The notes beneath the pieces are model-generated. The model saw nothing but the letters and a program-made list of their open reading frames with translations. It did not search any database and had not been told where the DNA came from. A stretch of DNA of 64,000 bases from Lama guanicoe (Eukaryota): assembly GCA_013239625.1 (NCBI GenBank), contig MU053994.1:2547589-2611588 (forward strand). Direction: 5' to 3'. Positions 52,381-64,000 of the stretch are shown here, piece by piece (position 1 is the first letter of the stretch; each line of letters begins with the position of its first letter). A program made the position numbers and the translations under genes.

Positions 52381-52804
52381 ACATATAATTGAGCTATCAC
52401 ACCAAAATCTCCAGGGCTTGTGACCCAGGACCCTACATTTTAAAAAAGTATTATAGTTGAACTAATGATCAGATCTTCTCAATATTTAGTGATAAAGACT
52501 ACTTTTAAAGTTCCTTGAAACTCCCAATAGCAAATAGCACTCCCTTCAGTATCTTCCACCTTATCCATTTACGTGGTAAGGAAATAAAAGAAAGGACATT
52601 TTTTCATCTCATATACATCGGCACAGCACTTTATTAGGACTTCCAACTCCTTCAAAATGAAGTTGCAGAGATGATGAAATAACACGGCTACTCATTACAT
52701 TTAAACAGGAATTTGTTGCTTTCCCCCCATTATTTCCCCCTCAAAGGAACTGTTCTCAAGATCATATTTATGTTTACGAATGCTATAACACTAAAGTCTG
52801 TTAC

Positions 52805-53074
52805 CTTGAGTCCTGGTGCAGGATAAAAACCTTCAACTAACTTGCTGTTATCAAAAAGACTATAGGCCCCGTCCCGGATGGCCACAACGCCCCGGCTCCG
52901 GCAGTATATGTCAATGCAGTACATGTTCCTGAAGGCCAGTCTGATGTGGGTGGACGACTGCGGCAGGATGGAGAAGCACTGGTAGGCAGTGTTGGTTCTC
53001 TGGGTCAAGCCCAACATCGGCACAGTGGGCAGCTTGTTGATGGCATTCAATGGAGCCTGAGTATCAAACAATAC
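52805..53074 (-). CDS. MED14: MED14 exon 21 (VLFDTQAP...APGLK)
   Basis: 270 nt, AG/GT bounded. Confidence 0.96.
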
Positions 53075-53288
53075 CTACAAGGAACAAACGCAGTATCAGC
53101 AGCCAATTTCTGTGCAAATGCTAAAATCTCAGAATTTTCAAGGTATAATCACCACAAATTAGAGTGTCCTTCTGGCATTCTTCATAAAATCTTCTGTCAC
53201 TGAAGACAAGTTAAGGCCACATGATTTTTTGAGGAGTTTTACGTCAGACATTCAATCTTATTTTTAAACGTAAAACAAACTTAATTAC

Positions 53289-53441
53289 CTGTAATAACTG
53301 AACCACATTTGGTGTTTTATTGAACATTTCTTGAAGCTGATGGAGAATGGTATTGTGACAGTTACTGCATCCTGAGTTTGGACCAACAGTTCCCAAAGAA
53401 ATGTGAAATTTCTGATGTATGGAATTCCACTGGATACTAAT
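53289..53441 (-). CDS. MED14: MED14 exon 20 (ISIQWNSI...VQLLQ)
   Basis: 153 nt, translated by hand, phase 0-0. Confidence 0.94.
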
Positions 53442-54383
53442 CTAAATCAAAGAGATTACACGTTGCAGAAAATGAGAAAGGAAAAGATTCAAGCAGAAGG
53501 AAAAATCATGTTTAAACAGTAAGGCAAAATGCCAAAGATCTAAATGAAGTCTTTTTTGAAAGCAACTCATAAGACTCTAAACTCTAGACGTGCTGTCACT
53601 ACTGACCAGTATATTCGCTGAGCATGTGTGTATTAGACAGCCCACTTCTACTAAATAAAACAGAAAGAGAAGGTGCTAAAGAAAAACAAATTTGACTAAA
53701 ATCATCAGTTTCTTGTTTTTCAATTTTCTCTTGAACTGAGGAAGAGTCACCCTCTTTAGGTGAGCACCATCACAGAGGGAAAAGAAGTGAGCCCAACACA
53801 GACGCCACCTTCAGTTAACAGATTTTAAAACACTCAAGTAATTTCAGGTATTACTTTATGTGGAAGAGTCCAGAAAAAAGCCAGCTGGCTGAATTTACAT
53901 ATTAAATTTCTAGGACTTTACATGTGAAGTGGGGAAAAAAATAAGGAACTATAGATTATGGGGAATACCTTCAAGATTAAGATAGGATCAAACAACGTTA
54001 ATAATCCTGTGACTAAAAGCAGACATACCATATTGTTCAAGACCATTGATACATAATCTTCATTATAATAATCACTCTGCTAAGCAGATTTGAAATCAGT
54101 GAAGGAAAAAAATACAGACACCAAAAGCACATTACCTTGTCCAAAACTCTTCAAGAATACATACACCAAAGAGGGTAGAATTTTTGTTTTCAATTTTAAA
54201 GAGTTAATAAGCATCATAGCATACTATATTTATATCAATAAAATATTTAAAAATTACCATTTTATCCTTAATTTTTACTTGAGCCCTCAATTATTTCAAG
54301 AAAGTTTTCACGATTTTTGAATTCTTATTTTTTAAAAAAAATGTATGAGAGGAACTTCAGTTTTAATTAATTCACAGACTTAC

Positions 54384-54475
54384 TGAGCTTCCCTTGGTGG
54401 TTCCATAACACAAGATAAGCTTTCGGTAATTATAAACACGAACTTCTGAGAAAATGTTTAGATGTGTGGGTATGT
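54384..54475 (-). CDS. MED14: MED14 exon 19 (IPTHLNIF...TKGSS)
   Basis: 92 nt, tttag acceptor, GTAAGT donor. Confidence 0.93.
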
Positions 54476-55177
54476 CTAAACAGGAAGAAAACAAGAAGGA
54501 ATTTAAGATTATGCATGAAAAATTTAAAAATATATATTTAAAAAGAGGGCATCTTGGTATTATATGCCTAGATAGAAAAGTCTCTATATATCTTAATTTA
54601 AAAAAAAAGAAGGAAGCAAAAAAGACAGCACAGCATAAACAGATAGTAGGCTTCCATTTCCATTCCTACAAAAGGGCAGGGGTGGAGATGCCCTGAAGCA
54701 GTACAGCACAGGGGTTATTAGGGAGTTCCAATTCCCTTCCAATGTCCTTCATGAGCTACGTAAACCTCAGCAAGCTTCTTTTGTCTCTATGATTTGTTTT
54801 TCTTCATTTGTAAAATGAGGAATAATAAATTACCGACCTCATAGGGTGATTGTGAGGACTGAATGGGTTAATGCCAGTAAACTATTTACTATATTGGTAT
54901 GGCGCATAGTAAACCCTCCATAAGTACTAGTACTATAACCTGGCACACCTGTGTGTGAACATTGCTGAATGCATAAGAAACCTAACAGTGGTTGTCTCGT
55001 GGGGAAGGAAACTTAAGTCTGAGCTGAAAGGGAAACTTACTTTTCATTAGATATACTTATGAATTCTTAATTTTTATTTTTTTACAATGTGCATGTTTTA
55101 ATTCTTCAGTTAAAAAAGGTGTTGGGGTGTGGGGGGGATGCCTTTTTCCCCCCAAAAAGGAAAATTATCACTTGTAC

Positions 55178-55324
55178 CTGGTAGAGAACGTGCAAATTCC
55201 AACACACACTCATATAATCGTGCAATGCTATTCCAGTCATTAAGGAACATTTCAACCACTTTTCTACCACCAACGGGTTCAGACAACAGGTTTTCATATG
55301 TCAGATAAACATGCCGGGATGGTC
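55178..55324 (-). CDS. MED14: MED14 exon 18 (PSRHVYLT...ARSLP)
   Basis: 147 nt, translated by hand. Confidence 0.94.
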
Positions 55325-55415
55325 CTACAGGATTAAATGAGAAGATTAACAGTAATCAATACTGAAAGAAAAAAATCCAGAAATATGCAAAGACAAAGTG
55401 TGTGAAGGATCTTAC

Positions 55416-55576
55416 CTTGCTCCCTGGTAGAAGTGCCATTAAGTGGACAATTTGCAAACACTAACTCTGCCACCCATGTGCGGTTATTTCTACCTTGTAA
55501 TCGGAAAGTGCAATCGAGCAGAGAGCGGTCCAGAGCCTTTTGGGTTTCCTCAGTTACTCCCTTACAGGGAGGAATT
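55416..55576 (-). CDS. MED14: MED14 exon 17 (IPPCKGVT...STREQ)
   Basis: 161 nt; separated from exon 18 by a 91-bp intron. Confidence 0.94.
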
Positions 55577-56644
55577 CTGGTGATGAAAGATAGCATATGA
55601 AGTGGACTTCATATCATAGAAAGACAAAAACACAATTTACACAATGACAGGCAGGGTATCATATTAGAACTTTGGTTCAAGCTCCACTACTGGGCACCTT
55701 CTGCAAGAGAAGGAAGCAATTCATAGAATTCACAGCAATTAATAGCATTTAACTCACTCCCATTCATAACAACATGGATTAGGACACTCATTTTAACAAA
55801 GCGATTTGCCTTCATCCTTAATCTTGTTGTTAGAGAAGACCAAAATTCTTCGGAATGAAAATCAAAGATACTGGCTTTCTATGAAATCTACCCAGCACAT
55901 CCTGAAGGAAAAGCTAAGGGGAACAAAATACTTGTAAAATCACTCTGAAGACAGGATGATACAGTGGAAAGAACAGGGGCTTTGGATGGTCAGGGACATG
56001 CATTCTAATTCTGACTCAGCCACATTTAACCTCTCGGAATTTCAGTTTCCCAACTATAAAATGGAGATAAATAATTACCTAATGGGTCACTGATTGTAAA
56101 ACATGACAAAACATACATATGTAAAGTGCTTATCGTGGCTGATACAGCAGGTATTCATATGTTAAGTTTCTCCTTGCAATAAAACCAAGTCTTGATCACT
56201 GACTACAGTAACAAAATTTCAGGTTCATTATCCGCCCCTGCCTTCCCCTCCTCCTCTGTACAGGTAACTCATTGTGATGGAGCTTTACATGTATCAACTC
56301 ATTTAACACAGACATTGTCACTTATATATACCACATGTATAAGAGGAATGTATTAGCTTTGGTGTCTTAAAATACCCAACTGTTTTCTTCTTTCAGCTTT
56401 AGGAACTATCTTAATTTGTCATAAAACATTATGGGGGAATATATTTTAGCTTTTTTTTTTCAGTAACAGATGAAACAATGAGATAATATATTATTTAATT
56501 ACACATTATCCTTTAACTCATGGGGAAGGTGGGTTAATTCTCATACTTGGTATAATGATTATCAAAATCTAAGGCAAAAAAACAATAAACAGAACTAGAA
56601 ATACGGAATTTTGGTTTAGGCTTCTTATTCGGAATACAATACCC

Positions 56645-56900
56645 AGAACAGCGTTTCTCAATGTTGGCAATATTGACATTCTGGGCTGGATAATCCTTTT
56701 CTGTTGTTGTTAATTGAAGTATAGTTGGATAATTCTTTGTTGCAGGGGCTGTCCTATGCAGCCCTGGCCTCTATCTACCAGATGCCAGTAGCACCTCCCA
56801 GCCCCTCTTCTCAGTTAATGATAACCAAAAATGTCTCCAAACATTGCTAAATGTTCCCTGGCGGGGAAAACTGCCCTGAGGTTCAAAACCACTGACCTAG
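56645..56900. mobile_element. MER20-like DNA transposon carrying a tiny L1 tail insertion
   Basis: cagcgtttctcaa...ggcaatattgacatt...ccaaaaatgtctccaaacattgctaaatg...aaaccactg. Confidence 0.75.
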
Positions 56901-59439
56901 AATAAACAATTTAAGAGAGTAAAAAAGAGACAAAGATTGCATGTAGTAAAAAATAAAATCTGTAGAAGTGGGAGGAAAGCTATACAGGTTGCATAAAAAC
57001 AGAATTAATGCAGTGCTAAAATTTTCTCTATTAATTAAAAATTCTACCACAGCTCATCTTAAATGTACAGGCTTTTTAAAAGTTTTTTTCAAAAGTTAAT
57101 CTTTCATACTACATACTTGTTATCACTCACTACCAGAAAGATTCTGTCCAATGTTACTTGGGGTAGTTACTATAGAAATTGCATACATTGCATGTATGTT
57201 TTCAACTTCGTAGGTATAATGAGGACTTTTGCTTGCCCTTACCCCTCAAAACGTAACCCTAACCCCCATGGGAGTTAGAAAGCAGCCAACTCAGATTTTT
57301 AAATCTTCATTTTGAAAAGAGAAATGCAATACATTATCTTCTTCTCATGTAAAATAGGTGTTTCATGAAATTCATTTGGTTAGAAAATGAACACACAGAA
57401 GTCAGCATGTTTTCAAGTGGGAACTAAGGTAGGAGGAAGACTCCTTCCAATTTATGTTCTCAAGGACAACATGACCCTGAAAATGTATTCTCTGTCATTT
57501 TTGTAATCTGTCATACAGATATAACTGGCTTTATTTCAAGGAACCTGTAAAATATTTACTTGCTTTTAAGGTTATACATGTAACAAAGAGAATAAAAATA
57601 ACAGTAACTTTAAACCTCCTAGTACGATCATGTGAGGAGGAAAAGAAAAACAGCTTCCCCAAAAGGAAAGCTGACAAAATTGTTATAAATTCAAAATACT
57701 GCAAAATACTTTTATATTCACCAAAAATTAAGAACCAATGAAGACGTTTCCTGGACAATGGATTTACTGAATCTGAAAATTTCTACCCATTCAAAAAAGT
57801 TTTTCCATCTAAACACCTACTCCTGACTGTTTTTTCTCCTGTAATTCTGAGTATTGAACAAATTTAGGAACTAGGCTTTGCTCTTTTAGGGCAGATATGT
57901 GTCAGCACTGCTCCTTCTCGGCCATCATGTGCTGTGTGTCAGTTTCGTTCTGAGGGATTTTACAAACATCAGCAACCACATTATGTCCCTGTGGGGCAAA
58001 AGTGGGGAGGAGCATCACTGAAAGTGCTAGTAAAAGCAGTGCAACTGCGCCTACAAGGAAAGTGGAGCGGGTTGTATATAGGCTGCACGTGCCTATGCAG
58101 AGGGACAGAGTCGCACAACTGACACAAGCCGAGTCACACAACCCGGAAAAAAAGAGCTGTGCCTGTGTGTAATTTGCATAAGCTACAAGAGGCAAAGAAA
58201 CACAAAGGACAAGATAAAAAAAACACTGTGGGCGTGGCTAGAGGAGCGGCAGCACTGCTCATTCCTGTAATGTTAGTCCAGGAGAGGGTGGAGAGTTTGC
58301 TCTCCGGGCACTGTGAGCATGCTGCTCTTGAGACCGTGTCATTTGTGCTGTGGGGTCAAGGCTATCAAGGCTCCCCTGAGCCTGCACAAGGCAACAGGTC
58401 CACGGACCACAGCAGTCTAAGGTGCTTACCATGATATTTTCAGAGATACAGCAAGGAGGCCTGCTCAACAGATTTTCAAGGAGGTACGTTGAACAAGAAC
58501 ATATTTTTAGCAAAGAGGAGAAAGATGTGCTCAATTTTAAAGCTTTAAATATCAACTCATACCCCTATTTAATATGAATATATCTAGGACGAAAAGCTTA
58601 AGAGGTAAGTTTCTGAAGATTAAGTGTATGAGAGCAATTACATACTAATTAGATCCATACCAGATTTTAATTTAATAAAATCATATTTAAACATTTATTA
58701 TTTTTTCCTTATTTCTATGAAGAAAATATCCCCAATAATGGGACAGCATGTACCAGACAAACATATCTTTAATTTATCTATTTCTATATATTTTCTTTTT
58801 AAGTTTTAAATAAAGAAAATAGCTGGATATAGTAAAGACTTTTTGAAAAAGTATAAAATGAAGCTAAAAAATATGAAATGTTTCCTTCCTAGATAAGGAC
58901 TATTACGAGTTCTCTTGACTTCAAGAAGGGGACTAAAATTTCTTTCGTAAAGATGCTGAGAGCAAGATATTTAAAGATTCTTGCAAAATGTGAAAAATAT
59001 AACTAAAAGAATAGAACACAAATATTATCATCATCTACTTATCTGCAGTCATCAAGAAGAGTAAAAAGACAAAAACCCCTGTATTTTAGGCAGAAGTAAT
59101 TCAAAACCAAAGGCAAAGAAATTAAAAGTATTACATTTTCCTTTTGATTTTAGTCTAAGACCAGCTCCCTCACTGGAAGACTTTTTGTAGACACACGTTA
59201 AGACAGCCGGGCAGGGAAGCTATTCCAGTTCTTCAACTCTTTATCTAAAGTGAGCACCAGGACACACAGGGGGAGTGTACATTATCTGCTGGCCCTTCCT
59301 ATCTTCCACGGGACAAACTGATTCCCAAGTAACAAAAATTAAAGCCCCACTGGCTCAAACCGCAGAGCTGCCATGTCTTGGCAGACAGAGGAATTCAATA
59401 AATAAAAACTGCTTCTATGATTTACATTATTAAGCAAAA

Positions 59440-59535
59440 GGAAGGAAGGAAGGAAGGAAGGAAGGAATGAAGGAAGGAAGGAAGGGAGGGAGGGAGGGAG
59501 GGAGGGAGGAAGGAAGGAAGGAAGGAAGGAAGGAA
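59440..59535. repeat. (GGAA)n/(GGGA)n polypurine microsatellite
   Basis: Direct read. Confidence 0.95.
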
Positions 59536-59689
59536 ACTGCTTTCTGCACCAAAAAGGTTGATCTCTTAAATGGCATTCTAGCTTTGCAAGTCCATCCTGG
59601 TCACCTTATAAAGCACATACACTGCGTTAGTTTTCCCACTAAGCATCCTTTGGCCCCCTGTCCTCTACCCTTTCAGAACCAAGCCCTCT

Positions 59690-60606
59690 GCTCATCTCCC
59701 TCTGTGTACTCTTTCCTGGTGATCTAAGTTACTATCCCAGCTCAATTACTTTTACCTTGGTAATGACTCATCAACTTCTCCTGTCCAGACCTGTCATCTG
59801 AACTTGAGACACATCCCTGCCTGCCCAAAGGGATGCCTAGGCACCTCAAACTTGGCAAAGCCCCTTCCGACTCACATCTTCAGTCACTTATTTCAGCAAA
59901 CACCACAATCATCCATCACTTGCCCAAGATAAAACTAAGTCATCTTTGCCGCCTTCTCTTTTTTCTCATCTTTAATATCAATCTGATTACCAACCCTTGC
60001 AGACTTCATCCCCTAAGTCCTTATGGAACCTTCCCTGGTCCATGCTACCAACAACTCTGATGTGAACCATTTCAGCAACTGGTTTTGCTGCTTCAGTCTT
60101 GTTCCCCTCCAATTTATTCTCCACACTGCTATCCATGAATTTTCAAAAACACCTATCTAATGGTGTCAGTTTCTGCTTATAATCATCTGAGGGCTTCTTA
60201 CTGCCATTAGGATAAAGTCTAGATTCCTTAAGGACGCTTATAAAAGTCCTACAGGATCTGACCCAGTCCTGCTACATCTCCAGGCTCATCTCTCCCAACT
60301 CCAGCCATGCCCAAATGCTTTTAGTGCCAGGATGCTGAGGTTTCTCTTACCTCTAAACCTTCCTTTTAGCAGTTATCCCTTCCAGTTAGGGGCACCCACT
60401 CCCACCCTAGCTCCCTTTCCTCTGCTTGGTAATTCTCACCTCTACTTTGGCTTATGTACAACTAGTATTTCCCTGGGGATACCACTCCTGACTTTCAAAC
60501 TAGCCCAGATCCCCCTGCAATGTGAACCCACAGCATCCTGAAGGGCCCTATCAGAATTCAAGCCGTACACATATTCACACTCAGTAAACATCTGTTGAAT
60601 GAATGA
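59690..60606 (+). mobile_element. L2 LINE remnant
   Basis: Pyrimidine-rich body ending ctcagtaaacatctgttgaatgaatgaa, the L2 3' end. Confidence 0.7.
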
Positions 60607-60828
60607 AAGAAAGCCAGAAGAAAGACATCCTAAAATACCAAGTGGTGCTGGAGCTCCATCCGGCAGGTGAGAGAGAATCCTCCCACAGACAGTAGTAATT
60701 CTATGCAGAAATCTGTGACATCCATAGGTTCTGAACTCTGCCTTATACTGACTCACAGAAGGAGAGGAGCAGCACTACAGTGTGGCTGCAGCGTATGGCA
60801 CCAAATGAGACACATGACAGGGACTTAC

Positions 60829-60905
60829 TTCAATAAGCGAATTGCGTGGCTAAAGCCATCACCTTCCATTTGTACTCCTTGATGTGGAATCTCCAGATTG
60901 GACAA
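60829..60905 (-). CDS. MED14: MED14 exon 16 (LSNLEIPH...IRLLK)
   Basis: 77 nt, tttccag acceptor, GTAAGT donor; translated by hand. Confidence 0.93.
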
Positions 60906-63446
60906 CTGGAAAGAGAAAAGCACAGTTGTATCAGACCACCAGCTTTACAAAGGAAACTACCTTTTCTCAATACTACTATCTCTATTCTCGAGGAATCTGC
61001 TCTAGGGTCACTCTGTCCCAGAGTGACAACATATTAGGCATGAGCACTGTCCCCCATCATTTGATTTCCTGGGAAACTATATAAAGTCCAGTGAAATTCA
61101 GACGACCTAGAGCTTCTAGTTAAAAAAACACCTTCAATAAAATGAAAAGAAGAAAAAAACACCTCCATAGGTGGCAAATCTTCAAAATTCAGATTATTAG
61201 ATCTAATTTTTGCAGCAAGCCAAAAGTAATCCAGAATCAATTCTGGTGGTTCCAAACGATACAACTGTAAAATAATACTGGTTTTCTTGTGTGATTCAAT
61301 TACGTTTGTGCAAAACAAAGTTTGAGGCATAGCCACATCTCATTTTTTAATTACAAACAATATTTTTCAGTTTATAATTTCTCTGGAATACATTTTTATT
61401 TTTAACAAACTATTTCCTCTGTGAAATCCAAGAAGAAAAGATTTCCAATTTATGCATTCACCCAGTGAGATATCTCTCCCAATTAGAGGATTCAGAAAAT
61501 GAGTTAAAAAGGATGGTGCCTGAGACTCTGTCAGTTCAACTATAGGTTATGTAGGTGTGCCCAAAAGTCATCTGATCTAGCAAAGAAACGACTGCCTTCA
61601 GCAGATATTCCCAGGTCTTCTCTGACAGACTATTTATATCCACCTTGTTCCAGAAAGGATTTAAGGCAGCCCTAAGTATTTGACTGAATCTTGCTCTTTG
61701 GACCTGGGAAAAGCAGCGGTTTAGAAAAATAGCTGCTGACCAAATAGGCAGTCGGAGTTCAGATTCCAAAGGAAGCAAAGTGTGGGAGGGCTCAAAAACA
61801 TGCCTCTGTTCTATGGATCAGAAACATAAACATTCCTGGTGAGATTAGATTTAGTTTAGTTACTCACATCTCAGTATAAACTACCTTAAGTCAGAAAATG
61901 TCTTTTTCATTGAGGGGAGAAAAAGTAAGTTCTTAAGAGCTTGACTGAGTTCAGTGGAGTTGACTGTAACATGGCCTATGTGTGCACTCCTGTGTGCACA
62001 GGAACAGAGAAGCGGGCAGAAGGGCAGAGAGGCCATATGTCTATGGGCGTCTATGTGGGCACTACAAAGACACAAGTTTTTATGATTTCTAGCCTGTGGG
62101 TAGCGGGGAAGAGAGCAGACAATGAACAAGGCATTACACTGTCACTGGGTATCATGCAGCCTCCCTTCCTACTGCATGGGAATCACTGAATGGCATTTAC
62201 ATAATCAACCTACATGGCACGATGAAAAAGCCCAAGAACACACTCAAGTGGATAGGAAGCAGGGGCACTGTACAGTTTAGGAGCTACGGCCAGTTCCCAG
62301 ACAAGAGGTCATCCATCAAGCTCACAGTTCTAGGAGCTAGGACATTGAGGACATGAGTATCCATTTTAGGTGCCTATTTCTGGGCTTGGTTTTCTGGGCT
62401 GCTGTTGCGCCTCACAATTTCATACTTTAACCTCCGCCTCCGGATCCCAAAGCCCTATAAGGCAGGGATTGGCATACAACAGCTCATGGGCCAAATTCAG
62501 CCATTGCCGGTTTTGGTAAATACAGTTTTATTGGAACATAGCCACATTCATTTGTTTAAATATCAACTATGGCTGGTTCACATTGCAACAGCAGATCTGA
62601 ACAGCTATAATAAGAGCCTATATGACCCACAAGGCCTAAAATATTTACCATCTGGCCCTTTACAGAAAATGTTTGCTGATCCCTGTTCTAAAGCATCAAA
62701 GTATTTTCAACAAGTCTTCCCAAGCTCAACTGAAATAATCCATGTCCACGTTTCCACGTCTCTTTTTCACTCCCAATAACTTACAGAAGGGAGGAGTCTT
62801 ACAAAAAGTATAACTCTAAACTACAGGGAAATCATTACTTTTAAGGGTTGACAATCCTTGGCCAAAGCCCTTTTTGGAAATACAAAAACACAGGTTCTGT
62901 TACCTCCCTTTACTTTCTCGCTTGGGGATCATGCTAGATTATCACAACTGTGTATTCCTAAATGATATTCGTTCTGCATAAGTCTACTGGTTCTTCCATG
63001 GGAATAAAGCAAAATTTAACATTCTTTCTGACCTGCTTCTCAGAAAGGAACCCAATTTCATTAGTATATAAGCAATATGTTCGGCTTCACCCACTGAAAA
63101 ACGAATCGCCCCTTTATCAACTGACCAACTCTAAAAGTGTTAAATAATGCTCCTACTAAGAGGTACATAAGTAAGGTGTTAAAAAAAAAAAAAAGGACAA
63201 CTTTTGAGAATTAACTGGGAAGAATTTACTTCCCATTTCCATAAAGACCACAGTTTGGAATCAGAGAGATGACATAATTTAAGTCATGCTTTACATGTAT
63301 ATTATGAGATGCTGTGATTTCAACCCCACCCCTCCCAAAATAAACAAGATCACAGCCGTCTGGTTCTCCCAATGGAATCCATGTAGCTTTGTCAAGGCAA
63401 TTAAAAAATTACTCTTTGAGTACCTAAAATTGTTCCAAAAAATTAC

Positions 63447-63581
63447 CTCCATCCGAAGTCCTACAAATGGCATATTTGTATCACACATAGCGACAAAATG
63501 AGCTAGAACTTTATTGAAGGCACACATTTCTCCTGATCGTTTGGTTTTCTTGGGTTCAACTGGACACATGTCATCAGAGAA
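63447..63581 (-). CDS. MED14: MED14 exon 15 (FSDDMCPV...GLRME); earlier exons lie beyond the window
   Basis: 135 nt. The 17 exons total 2520 nt (839 aa plus stop) in one open frame. Confidence 0.94.
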
Positions 63582-64000
63582 CTAGAATTTAAGTAAAGAA
63601 CACAAGTGGTTAAAAAAGTATGTGTGTAATTAGTTAAGGCAGTTGGACTACTATAACAAAAGTCAAAGTTAACCAAAACAGATGTTAATTCAGTCAACAA
63701 ATATTTACTGAGCAAATACTAACCTAAATACTGGAAATTTAGTAGTAAATATTACGTATTTACCAAGCTGCCTTGTGGAAAATGGTGCATAATTACTAAT
63801 TGAGAAGCATCTTCAAGAAAATGTAGACATTTGTTACCTAAACCTTGTAGCTGCCCAGACTCTTAAAAACCATACCTAACTTCTTTCCCATATTAAATAT
63901 GGTTAAGGAACACAGCAAAGTTAATATCCACGAATCTTGTGCTCATTTCTATCTGTGGTCATACCTTGCGCTTGGTACCGGATCTAGGCTGTTTCCCAGA

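Noticed and set aside
58021..58042. aaagtgct resembles a miR-17/302-family seed
   Set aside because: I see no pre-miRNA-length hairpin around it.

Overview
Mammalian genomic DNA, most likely camelid, judged from its tRNA-derived SINEs and L1 3' ends. It is syntenic to the human Xp11.4 MPC1L-CXorf38-MED14 block. Three genes are supported. (1) The intronless retrogene MPC1L (+, 9320-9808, 162 aa) lies behind an 89-bp CpG-rich tandem array. (2) The complete CXorf38 orthologue (-) has six coding exons (320 aa) and a 3'-UTR intron starting 1 nt after the stop. (3) The last 17 coding exons of MED14 (-) encode 839 aa, and its 5' part lies beyond the right edge. All introns traced are GT-AG and keep frame. 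The rest is mostly L1, L2, MIR, LTR, MER DNA-transposon and SINE sequence; these family names come from recognition, not a database search, and their boundaries are approximate. I see no wholly new multi-gene system. The best leads are an intact HEPN-type R-x4-H motif plus a 4-Cys cluster in the uncharacterised CXorf38, the MPC1L promoter array, an apparently spliced L1 insertion, a candidate poison exon and unique island in MED14 intron 16, and a CTCF-consensus site inside the last MED14 codons.
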